Source of the DNA: Octopus sinensis | Taxonomy: Eukaryota | Length of the DNA: 64,000 nucleotides | Direction: 5' to 3' | NCBI RefSeq assembly: GCF_006345805.1 | Contig: NC_043003.1 | Location: 75,702,001-75,766,000, forward strand | Shown: piece after piece, positions 27,100 to 39,740 of the stretch | Position numbering within the stretch: the stretch's first letter is position 1 | Layout: each line of letters begins with the position of its first letter | The notes under the pieces: model-generated | What the model saw: only the letters and a program-made list of their open reading frames with translations | The model's database searches: none | What the model was told of the DNA's origin: nothing | Program-made: the position numbers and the translations under genes

Positions 27100-27141
<42 letters not shown>

Positions 27142-27461
27142 ATATATATATGACACCTTTATATTGGTATGAATACAAAAATATATGTATGGGAGTGCTT
27201 GTGTGTATGACCAAAATCATTCAAATATGTATGTAAAGAAAGTGTGCACGATTATTAGTTCAATTTTGTGTGTGATTCCCACACATTTTGTTGATTTTTG
27301 ATTTGTATTTGTGGTCCGTTTTCATTTGTAAATATTTATGTTAGTTAATCGATAAGATATTATAACGTTATTTGTTTACCGTCATAGATCGATGAGTTTG
27401 TTGTCCATTATCTGTATCTCTTTTACCTATGTTTATTTTTTAATTTGATTTTTCGTTTCTC

Positions 27462-27515
<54 letters not shown>

Positions 27516-28185
27516 CCTCTCTAGCAAGCTAGCTAGCTTGCCTGGAATGAAACTGAATTGAAAATATAAATACTGTTAACGAAACGAAAGAAAACGTAAC
27601 ATCCATTAGGCAAGTGTGAACAAAGAAGCGCAAAACATCTTTCACTAGGCGAAATATAACGCTATCTGAAAGATGGGGGTAAATATAGAATATACCCCGT
27701 TCCATCAGAAACAACGTGATATAAAGCGTGAGAAAATATTTACTTTCCACAAAACTAATTAAAGCAAGAGTAATATATGAAAAATAAAGTTAAATAAAAG
27801 GAAAAAACGGAAAATAAACTGAAAAAAAAAATGAAAGAAAAATTGCTCGAAAAACCTGAAGCAAATACAAACAAATTTAGTGCAAAATAAATAATCAAAT
27901 CTGGAGTGAAACTGATGTCAGAGGCGAACTAAGAAAAAAAAGAACCAATAAAAAGTAAGAACAAATAGTTCTTTAAAATAAAGGAACAAATATTATTTCA
28001 GAAATGAAATAGAAAAGCCTAGAACATCATCTTGAAATTCCATCATCAAGATTATATTATCAAATATCAATTGTATGGGGAAAGTGTTTATTTGTTTTAC
28101 GAGATGTAATGAAAGAACAGAAACTGGAGTGCTCAATAAATGAAACACTACTATTCACATTTTCAAATTCCCGTCGTGTTAGCGA

Positions 28186-28251
<66 letters not shown>

Positions 28252-28470
28252 GTGTGTGTGTGCGTGTGTGTGTGTGCGTGTGCGTGTGCGTGTGTGTGTG
28301 TGTGTGCGTGTGCGTGTGTGTGTGTGTGTATGAATATATATATACATGTAAACACACACTCACATAAATGTATATATGTGTGTATGTGCTCCAGTCCGCC
28401 AGTGTAACATGTGTGTTTATGTATGTATATATATACATATATATATATATTATATATATGTATATATATA

Positions 28471-28510
<40 letters not shown>

Positions 28511-29534
28511 AGAGAGAGAGAGAGAGAGAGAGACCTTTTTAAGCATACTTATATTTCATGTCCATATTTGTTCAAACATCAAAAAAGAGGAATTGCTTGA
28601 TTATATATATATATGTATAAACATATGTGTGTGTGTTTATATATATATATATATTATTATAGTTTTATGCAGGTATACAAGAACAGTTTAATATTTAATT
28701 GAAATACTAGAAGCTACATTCAGTAGAATAAGATATTTCTTTTATTTTTATAAAGAATACGCAGCATCTGTAAAATATTTCAATATATAAGTCTATAAAT
28801 ATACGTCTATTAATGCATATATATATGTGTGTGTATGACAAATTCACAAAATTATATACACACGTATATGTGTAAATATACATGCATGTGTGTGTTCGTG
28901 TATGTGAGAGAGTGTACGTGTACATATACACGTTTATGTATGTGTAAGTAAATGTCTATGTGTGTGTTTGAATATATTATATTCCTGCACATTAAATCAA
29001 GTAAAACATTGTCTGCATAACATATAGTTTCCGATGAGCACATGGATGGTGATTTCGAAATTTCAGCGACTGTGGCTTCAACAGAGACTCTGACTGCGTC
29101 TGATTACAAGACCTGACAGACATTGCTTTTAAAATTGATAGTCTGCTATACTGTATTAAATAATCCTTGTATACATGTTTGGCAGTCTTTATATATAAGT
29201 ATGCATTAATATCAAACCATCTATGCATTAATATCAAGCCATATACTCATGTTGATTATATAATATAGAGGCATACATACGTTTAAATACGCGTTTTATG
29301 TGCATGTACTTAAACTAACAAATATATGTATCGGAATAACCAATGGTATGTATGTGTAAGACAACAATATCAGAACAACATTAACAATATGTTATACAGT
29401 GGTAGACGGACCTGCTGTTCTAACTTTTGTAATGGCACGGTCACAGAATATTGCCAGTCTCAACTTAACTAAATTTACTTTCATATTCGGTTCATTTGTG
29501 ACGAAAACGCACACTTTTCAGCATAAGCCTATAG

Positions 29535-29570
<36 letters not shown>

Positions 29571-30894
29571 CGTCAGTGGAGCGTGTATCCTGGAATGAAT
29601 CACACTCCAAAAGTCAGAAGAGTAATATATTTACATGAAATTAAATATGTCTGGTCGTTGAGTTACCAATGGTTTCGCATTCATAAACAGCTTAACCTTA
29701 TAGACGACTCATTAGACACGAATGGCTGCGACCATGTAATCACCCTTTAAGCTGTAGGTTGAAACCGTTACGGTCAGTTAATTTGGAAACTAAAGAATAA
29801 TATACTCTCTTTGAGCCTTAAACCGGATGGGTTATCGCCCTTAGACCGATCTGATCAGCAAAAATAATGGACAATCTCCGCCTTTAGTTTGGTTCTGGTC
29901 TGCAAATACTTTTTACATGCCTAATCGTCCGACGGAGAATGCCACGCCTGCAACAGGCAACGTTTTAAATGGGGGTACGTCTTATTGATCTATAGCCCCT
30001 GTCCTCGTTTCGAACAATGCATCTCACATTCAAAATATATTACAAAAAGCATAAACATTCATTTGTTAGTCCCGAACACAAAATGTGGCTTTATCGAAAT
30101 TTATATGGTTCTTGCATGAGACAAGTCATCACGAATTCAAAATTACTTGGTCTGGATAATCCGTGGCGTTAACTTTCAGGAAAAAAAATGAAAATTGTGA
30201 TTCAAGGGACCAATAGTTTGTACACAAGAAACGAGCTGGTAACAACTTGCATACTTGCAGCTAATTATCTTTTATGCAAATACAAGCCTTCTTCAATTTC
30301 TTTCTGGTACAGAAAAAAATGTTGGTTAACGAAATTTTTGATTAATAGGTTTCAATGATATATGTATTTGTATGTCTACAAGTGAGTATATGTACATAAG
30401 CGTATGTGTGTATGTATACACGTATGTATATATGTATACATGAAAATATAATTTGGAGCATATATGTGAGTCTATGTGTATACATATGCTCATATGTATG
30501 CGTCTGCTCTTGCGCTGCAAAATTAACACTTGCATTCACACACATTGTTTTTAAAAACATTAATTAAAAGTATTATTTTGGAACATTGTTTAAACAAAAA
30601 CGTAATTTCATGAGTTTATTGTATGGAGTTTATGGCGATTACAATAATATTACCACGAGAAACTAAATTGTAATCAAACGCGTGACCTTGGAACAGCCGT
30701 TTCGTACGTATTGTCCATAAATCTGCGTGTTACCCTAAAACTTTCGCTTCATATTTTAAAACATATTCAGACAGTGCATATTCAAGGCTTCGATTACAAG
30801 TTTACAATTAATGATCGTAAACGACCAACGATGTGAACTAGAAATCGGAGCCTTTTCAGTTATAATGTATCAAGGACTACTCTAGATTTCTATA

Positions 30895-31104
30895 CAATAA
30901 TCCCTCGTCTATCGCTAGTGTTATGTTCCAAAACATCCCTCGATAGGTGAAAATCTGCAATGTAGAAACAGTACTGTATAATTTTTATATATTTATTTAA
31001 TTATAACTGCAAAACCAAACCACGGAGGAATCGATGTAAGCTTAAATAATAAACCGCGATAGGTGAATCGCGATAGGTGACTCGTGATATGGTGAGAGAT
31101 TGCA
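30895..31104. mobile_element. Tigger/pogo-like MITE, diverged
   Basis: TA-CAATAATCCCTCGTCTATCGC left end, internal (cg)cgataggtga repeats, degenerate complementary right end. Confidence 0.5.
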
Positions 31105-31163
31105 GGAGTGGGTAATTTATCGCTTCTCGTGAATCAATATCTGTGTGTGTGTGTGTGTGTGTT

Positions 31164-31165
31164 TG

Positions 31166-31239
<74 letters not shown>

Positions 31240-31240
31240 C
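31164..31240. repeat. (GATA)n microsatellite
   Basis: Direct reading. Confidence 0.97.
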
Positions 31241-31419
31241 GAAGACTGTCAAAAAAGTGTCTGATTTAAATTTTTTTGGTTCAGATTTTATGTCGCGTGG
31301 GTAAAGTATATTGAGTGGGAGGTGATATCATCCTTCCTAAATATGCGCGAAAAACTTTCGTATCGGAAGGCCGCGTTGTTTCTATGCTTTTACGCCTAGA
31401 GTACAGACGTGTAGTGCCC

Positions 31420-31660
31420 GCACGTCGGATCTTCGTTTTCATGACTGAATATAGCAATGATGGTAAACCAATGTCTTATAACCAGTAGTAATGGTTTTCA
31501 TCAAATCATTAAGCATGTCCTGGGCAATTTCCATGACGACATGTCTCTGCCGCTCCGCCATCACCTTGGTTGTGGAGTAGGGTGTTGAATCTCTTCGAAA
31601 TTCTCCGCATGCATACATCCACTCTGAAAGTTGCATTGTCTGATTCTGTGCTCATTCCTA
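31420..31660 (-). pseudogene. mariner transposase fragment
   Basis: ERQRHVVMEIAQDMLNDLMKTITTGYKTLVY resembles the Mos1-type QKxRRxEIAQEML..RVITGDESWVY segment. Confidence 0.5.
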
Positions 31661-31853
31661 TTTCGTGAGCAATTTCCTAGATCGTTACACGACTGTCTTC
31701 CACGGCTATTCACTAAACATTCTCAGCTGGCATTCGTTTACATGTGTGTGCGCGAGTGTGTGTGTGAATATATGTACTCACACACACACATATAAATATA
31801 CATACACACATACAAACACACATACACACACACACAAACACACACACACACAC

Positions 31854-31887
<34 letters not shown>

Positions 31888-32260
31888 CATATACATCATA
31901 TACATATATACACACAGGGAGTTTGGGAGGAGGGAAATCATAATACTGAATCAATATGTGTGGCACAAACAAACGTGGTAATCGATAAAGCAAACTTCAA
32001 TATCCATACGAATGGGAAAATTGATTACACCTATTTCAAATTAAATATGGCGTTTCATTTTTATTTGCAGAGAGAATTGGAAATTTGCATTTATCTAATT
32101 TTTGCAAACAATTTTCTTTTCGCATAAAAAGAGAAACACTTTCGCCAAAAGAAACTTATATGAGTAATATGCATCCACATGCGTACATGAAGATATGTCC
32201 ATGAATATAAGCACACATATATGTATGTGTGTGTATGTCAGTATCTATGTGTGTATACAT

Positions 32261-32291
<31 letters not shown>

Positions 32292-32460
32292 TATATCATA
32301 TATATATATATATATATACACATACATACTTAAATACATATATAAATACATACACATATTTACATACATATATATTTATATATACATACATATTTATATA
32401 CGTAGATATATATGTGCATGTATATATACATACCCATATGCATAAACATATATGAATATA

Positions 32461-32510
<50 letters not shown>

Positions 32511-32512
32511 GC

Positions 32513-32560
<48 letters not shown>

Positions 32561-33208
32561 GCATATGTGCACGTATATATACACACACACACATATACGT
32601 ACATATATATATATATATATATATGTATACACATATACATATGTATCTCATAAAAACGTCATATAGAGAAAGAGAACGAGAGATGGAAAATAGGAGGGAG
32701 ATGTAGGGAGGAAGTAAGAGAGTGGGATATATAATCACTCATATAAGAGTGTGTGCATCCAAGTGTTTGTGTGTGAGTGTGCACCCAAGTGTTTGTGTGT
32801 GTAGGATTATCGTGTATATGCATGCGTATATCATTTCTAATTATATATATCCTTCATCAGATTCAACTATTTCGGATACTTAATTTCCCTTTGTAGATAT
32901 AACATAATCTACTCTTCATGCTTATATGGGCGCCATGAAATTATCCGTAATGTAGAGATGGCTGTGTTTTTTTTTCTTTTTTTCTTTGTTATTCTATACT
33001 GTTTTGTCTCGATATCATTAAATATGCATGCGCTTAAATATTATCTTTGAAAGAACTATAGATTACCAAGTTTCAATACATACCACGCTTCATCATTTCC
33101 TTAAATACCGGACTCTATGTACACACAGTTATACACCCACGCAATGTATATGTATGTATGTAAGTATGTATGTATATATGTATGTATGTATATATGTATG
33201 TATGCATG

Positions 33209-33245
<37 letters not shown>

Positions 33246-34746
33246 ACAAGTAGGTAGCTATCCCGATATCATTTCAAAATGTTTACACTCATACACCGAT
33301 ACAACTTGCAAGCATTTTCATAGTAATATATTCAAAAATATACAGTCGCTCCGCCTTTGGCAGTATAGATGAAGTGAAAACTTCACAAAGTATCCCAGCT
33401 TGATATAGAAACAATGTCGGCTGCCTCACCATGTGTCTACTTCATATTACTCGTAAATCATATAAATGCAGGCTAATAAAATGTGTTGATATTGATAAGA
33501 ATAATTCGCCAGCAAATGCTGTAAATAATTTGTCTCAAAATATTGAGTAGTGAAGGCCTTTTTTGCCGCCGTTAAGTGGTGCCTGTGCATTGAATGGGAA
33601 CTACTTTCTCTTTATATATGAAATATTAGTTATTTATCTGTGACTCATTCTCACCCGAAAACATTGCATATTTGTATTAAGATAATTAATAATTCAGAAA
33701 TCAGGATAATATTCGAGACGTTTGCATTGATAATTTGTCTGTTTGTAGACGATTTTCGAAAAAAAATGTTTGGGAAAGATACCTGGTGTGTGTTGCAGGA
33801 GTGTATCTTTTTTGAGATAGTAATTGCAGCATAGGTAGTGCCATATGCGTTGATCTTGATTATAGTAAACTTCCCTATGTTGATACTATTAGCTTTTATA
33901 ACTTACAGTGCTCACAAATGCTTGCCGACTTACTATTTTCCAAGTTTTAGATGCTGAATCCTCAGATTTTGATTGCTTTATTTTATGTATTGTTTATGTG
34001 ATTGTTATTGATTTAAATTAGGTTACCTGTATCTTTAATTTAGGTGGTTTTTTTTCTTTCATTCTTCCAATTTGAATATGCATTTTAACAACACCTATAA
34101 TTATTTTGCGAAATATATTCACAATAACACTCGTGTTAGTGATAAGGAGAAACTACTTAGATTCATGTTTAATTAGTTACTTTTTAACATTGTTTCTTTT
34201 GATAATTTTTATCTCGAACCGTAATCATTATTCTTCTATATCACGTATAGATTTTATGTTACTTTCCAAACATGCTATATGTTACCTTCCTACTAATATG
34301 GTATTCTCTAATTTCATTTTGAAATCGTGTGCTTTTTCACTCTACCCTACCCATAATGCCGTCTGTTTCTTAGGGCTCTGTGTGTTGATGGTTTCCGTGA
34401 AGAACCAAAAAAATCTGTTTATTCGCTTTCTGTACCTACTTGATAAAGCTTAGTCAAAATCTTAGTTAAAAATAAAAATTAGGCTCTAATGAGAAATCGG
34501 GTATAATTAATTTATTAAAACAACATATAGATTTACCAATGATCATGAAGTAATATAGAGATGAGTAAATCACAAAGCAATGCACAACTCGAGGTGGAGG
34601 TTTAATTAACTAAATTCTAGTTAAATATATTGTGATTCAAAACCACAGACCAGGTCTCCTTGAAATAAGATTAAATATATTATGATTTCCACTCTCATCT
34701 TCACACGTTTTGCGAAATATACTGCCGTAAAATGGTCTTTTGTCAC

Positions 34747-36480
34747 TGTTGTATCTGTCTTTTGACGACGGTTGTCTCTCTGACAGATATTGTTATATTT
34801 CGTAGTCGTCTATAGAATGGTTTTGTGTTGCACTGTACGACTCCCAGTCGCACAGTGTCATTATCCTCAAAAGTTTGGATCGATATAACATCCACTTAGT
34901 ATAACAGTATAATTACTATATCAGTACAGACATGGCTATCAACACAGTCTACATGTACTGGTAACCTTCTCACCTTCTTCTGTCGACTTGCTATATGTGC
35001 CTGCGTGTGTGTGTACTCAATATCTTTCCTTCTTAGAGTTTAATTTTAGGAATTCAGTGTTCTTGCTTTTCTTGGTACGTTTGGTTTCCACTTACCGTAA
35101 CGGTGTTGAAACCTGAAAACTGACATACTGTCAATCCATCGGTATTTCTTCTCCTGTTCGTTCCCTTTCTATAATTCTTTCCTTATATTTCTGCTTCTCC
35201 GACCATACAACATCCTTCCTATGTATGTTACAATTTCTCCCTCTTACCAGCATTGTTTGATATTTTTGTAAATTCTTACATATACCTTATCACTGACTTT
35301 AAAAAAATTTGGTATGTCTTTATTAGCACGTATTTTTTTCTTCACTGGTAACAGTTTATCGAATATTGACTTCACATTTCTGGAAAACATTAATTCTGCT
35401 AGTGAGCTTCTTTGCGACTCATTTGGGTTTTGAGTTACTCTGTATACCAATGCCTGTGAAGCGTTCTGTTGGCCTGCAGGACCGCTACCTCTTCCATGCC
35501 TGGCAGTATGGTAGCCACCAGCCAGACTACATTCACTTCTGGTGGTATGTCTTCCAGCCGAAGCTTGGAAGTACGAGTCCCAATGTACACGGGTAGAAGC
35601 ACCACCTCATCTGTCTTCAGCAGTGTGACCGAGTACAGTCTGGTAGATACCATCTCCCCAAACTGCGCCTCCACCGTTTCACACCTTCGACCCCTGGCAA
35701 GGCATGCCATCTCCTGCCAGACCGACCTCATTCCCCTCCACCTGTGTCACCGACACCACCAACCCCTCCCTGCTGCTGCGGCGCAAGTTCCGTATAGAGT
35801 TTTCCCCCCTTCCCCGTCCTTCAGCATCCACTTAGGATGAAACACCCTTACATCGTTCCCCCTCAAGCACCCCCTACACTCACTCAACCCCTCCAGGTTT
35901 ACTTCCTCAATACCCCCTCCAGCCGCCGCTGCACAACTCCTCCTCCCCACTCCCCTGTACATCCCACTCAAGCACTGAACTAACACTTCAGACGAACCAC
36001 ATTCTAGGGAAGGACACACTAACCCCCACCTCCACCCACACCCCCTGCACGACGCCCTTCCGCTATACAAGAGGCAAAACGTCGCTCCACCAGGACACCA
36101 AAAACCCACGTATGTATCAATCAAATCCAACAATGCAACTGAACAACCATAAACCAGAGGCCACATACCTTTGACCTTCTCGCCTTAATTTGTCGAACGG
36201 CTGCTGGTCTATTTATAATATAATGGTTGGCTGCTACCACTTTTTACCGTAAGGGCTGTACAATTTCACTATATAACATATACTTTTTGAAGTACTTCAT
36301 AACAAGATTCAAATGAGTTATATTTGACTGCTTGATACTTTCTACGTTTCAGAAGTTGTGAAAGCCATCTCACTTGACTGGAATTCATTTCTTAAATATT
36401 GAACTGATAGTTTAACATTTTCCAAGTGATCCGATTACTTATGGGTATATATGTACGACCCCATCCATACAATGCAAGAA
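34747..36480 (-). mobile_element. Gypsy/Ty3-like LTR retrotransposon remnant (integrase C-terminus, putative PPT and 3' LTR ~34747-35022), interrupted at ~35452-36170
   Basis: VYRVTQNPNE..SSLAELMFSRNVKSIFDKLLP..FKVSDKVYVRIY..W matches K02A2.6-like Gypsy integrase/GPY-F region; purine tract aagaaggaaag precedes the presumed LTR, which ends ..atacaACA; LTR limits are approximate. Confidence 0.6.
35452..36170 (-). mobile_element. GC-rich insertion, possible 5' part (UTR plus ORF1/gag-like start) of another retroelement
   Basis: Sharp GC increase; minus-strand ORF 35435-35731 (..LLPVYIGTRTSKLRLEDIPPEVNVVWLVATIL..) is not low-complexity; product assignment is inference. Confidence 0.4.
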
Positions 36481-37569
36481 AAATTACTTCTATATGTTGA
36501 GTTACTATTAAGCTTTGGTTATTTCTCTAAGAAACTATATGGTGTCGTACCCGATTCCACATCGCGGCATTTTCGGAATATTTACTCCGTGGACGTATAT
36601 CGACGGATAAAAATTTCGAAGTGAAACTTAGTCAAAGAAACTCTTCTTGTTGTTTGGTGGTAGACTTATACCTAGGCGAGATTTAAAACTACCTTTTGTC
36701 TCATACTAGCGTTTAACTGAGTACATTCCATTGAAAGCATTTGCGAATTATCTCCGGATTAGAAAGACTTTCTGAACATATTGCATCTGGATCGTAGAAC
36801 AGAAAAGGGCAATGGCTGGGTTAATGTAATTCCCACTGGGTTAATGTATTTCATGATATTTATTAATTCGCAAAATACATAATATAAATATTAATTTTCA
36901 CTGTGTAAACTTAAAACTTAAGGGAGTGTAATGACCACGAAAACGGCTAAAATGAAAATCGGAAATGATAAAAATAATTTTAATAATAGTGATAATAGTA
37001 ATAATAATAATAATGATAATAATAAATATTAACAAATATATGAGAGTGTAAGTGAATACGAAATATGAAGCAAAGCAAAAACAAAAGAATACTCTCAGCA
37101 TTATTGCAGATACGTTATTTAGGTTAATTTGATAACGGTACAGTGTACGATACGCTATGATGACATTCTATATGTAAGGTTCACATATGCTGAAAATAAC
37201 TCAGAGCTGTTGATGTAAAGATTTGTTGCGAAAGAATTTTACAAGTTATCTTTTCTATCTCTTTTCAATAAAATGTTATAAATGGTCTTTAATTAGCTTT
37301 TCTATATTTGAACTTTGATATTTCCAAATGGAGTAATAAACATTTTTCAAAAGAGGTATCATCAGATAAGAAATGGATGAAAAGCAGATAGATTCCAGGT
37401 TTAACACCAAAGCTTCTTTCTATATATGAATAAAAATTACACACGCACAAACACTCAAGTGTATATATATATATATGTGAGGAAGGAGAGGAATAGCGCA
37501 TATACATACTCATACACATACACACACATATATATTTATATATGTATTCATATATTTACATGCATTCAT

Positions 37570-37601
<32 letters not shown>

Positions 37602-38180
37602 GCGTGCACACGCACACGCAAGCTCACATGCACACGCATACACACACACAAATATATATAAATATGCATCTATATAGGTATATATATTTATGTAAGTATA
37701 TCTGTACGTCGAATGTTGTTAAGAGGAAAGCTTTATCTATTACGGCAATGGAGAAAAGGTTAAAGACGTCGAAGTAACGGATGCAGCAGTGATTAGCATT
37801 TAGAATCTAAGGAAGTGTTTTAAGACATTGAACAGTTATTTAACGAGATAACTAAAAGATAGTTATGTTGAGATAAATGTTTAGAAAAAATGGAGGAAAA
37901 TAGCTCGTGAAATTCAAAAAATAAAAATTTTTAAATGTTTATGGAATCGAAGAGAAATCTCAATATGTTAATTTAACATGACATTTCATGTATTCCGTTG
38001 TGAAGGAAAAATGAATATGGAAAAATTCAATAAGAAGGTACCGATATTGATAAAATATTAAGATATGGATATAAATTTCTCATTTCTATGTAACTGTGCA
38101 TGCATGTACGTATATATGTCTATATTCATATATATACATATATACATATATACATATATACATATATACATATATATATA

Positions 38181-38273
<93 letters not shown>

Positions 38274-38332
38274 GTGTATATATGTATCTATGTGTGTGTA
38301 ATTTAATACGCACGCTTACAAACTCGCACATA

Positions 38333-38384
<52 letters not shown>

Positions 38385-39526
38385 ATGTGTTCAAACCCTA
38401 TGATTAATTTATTGACAGACACACACATAACGCTTGACGATATACAGAAAGAATTAGAAGTTGTACCTGAATACTGCACGTATAGGACAATATCATATCA
38501 CCAACGCTAACTGAAATATCGAGCCCCATGCATCCTACAAATATATAACTGCACTATTTATAGTAATCATAGGCAAAATAATAGTAATCTTAAATTTAAA
38601 AAAAATATCCCCTCTGTATTGCTAGAAAGTATAATTTTGTTGTAATAACTCATAATCACTTAAGCCTAAACTTAATTTGCAGGAAGGACAAATACCCTGT
38701 TTTCATTGTATGGGCTGGTTATCTAATTCCTTTTGATAACTTACACTTCTTATAAATTATAGATTTATAAGTGAAGATTATGTTGAGAACATCAACAGAT
38801 GACAATTCTGCAGAAGGAAACGAAGTATGAAACTAAAATATACTCATATTTACGTATTATGAGAAAATGTTCCATTGTGGCTTTCATTTATTTGTCTCGC
38901 TTTAGCTCATATAATATGCATGCAACGGTAGACTATTATCGGATGAGCCCGACTTATATTTTTCTACATAGTACGTCAATCGGTACGCTACAGATGATAA
39001 GTAAGTGACAACACGGTAACCCAACATTATAACATTCCCACGCAAGATGGTTTCGAAAGAATCAATACAAAATATATGTAAGTCGGCAAGAAACAGCTAA
39101 TATCATGTCAATATAATGAACAGTGATATGAGAATTAAAACAGAAGCCGTGAAGTAGTATACATAATTGAAACACAAAACTACGATGTAATACTATTTCA
39201 GGATTAGCCTACGAGTAACGCCTACGTGCAGAAAGTGGATGGTGAGTACACATATCCTGGCCGTTACAATAATAATTGTTAGTAAAAAAATTCCCTGTCG
39301 ATATTAAGAATGTTAGAAACTTTACCCAGCAACACAATTATTTTTTTGTTGAAGATAATCCATAAATTTCGACAAAGAAAGCTCATATTACTACGAATAC
39401 GAGGTGATATATATATTTCTTCAGTTAGAAAATTGTTATATAATGTCTCTTTTAGAGTATCGCAGATATCAATTACAGATGAAGAAAATTAATTAATTAG
39501 TAGCTAGTAGTTGTGATAAAAAAAAG

Positions 39527-39740
39527 GGCGGTGAAATGGCAGAATCGTTAGCACACCGGATAAAATGCATAGAGGCATTTCGTCGGTCTTCACGTTCTAA
39601 GTTCAAATTCCATCGAGGTCGACTCTGCCTGCTACCCTTTCAGGATCAATAAAATAAGTACAAGGTAACCACTGGGGTCAATGGAGTCGACTGTCTCCCT
39701 CCTCTGAAATTACAAGCATTGTGCAAAATTTTGAAACCAT
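39527..39740 (+). mobile_element. tRNA-derived SINE (61963 family), diverged
   Basis: ggcggtgaaatggcagaatcgttagcac...acgttctaagttcaaattcc.tcgaggtcgact. Confidence 0.75.

Larger units (their letters stand above)
23537..27102 (-). mobile_element. tandem array of ~404-bp units, each with a type I hammerhead: putative non-LTR retrozyme (8.8 copies)
   Basis: Units are nearly identical; spacings between predicted cleavage sites are 404, 404, 402, 405, 403, 410, 403, 404 nt; hammerhead core in all 9 copies on the minus strand; (TA)n on both flanks. Confidence 0.88.

Noticed and set aside
23537-27102. CRISPR array, or tRNA/5S/snRNA gene cluster
   Set aside because: No repeat-spacer alternation (whole units are nearly identical) and a eukaryotic context. 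No cloverleaf or 5S/snRNA similarity recognised. A weak A-box-like TGGCGTGTACTGG and B-box-like GTTTCGAT on the minus strand are far apart and interrupted by T runs that would stop Pol III.
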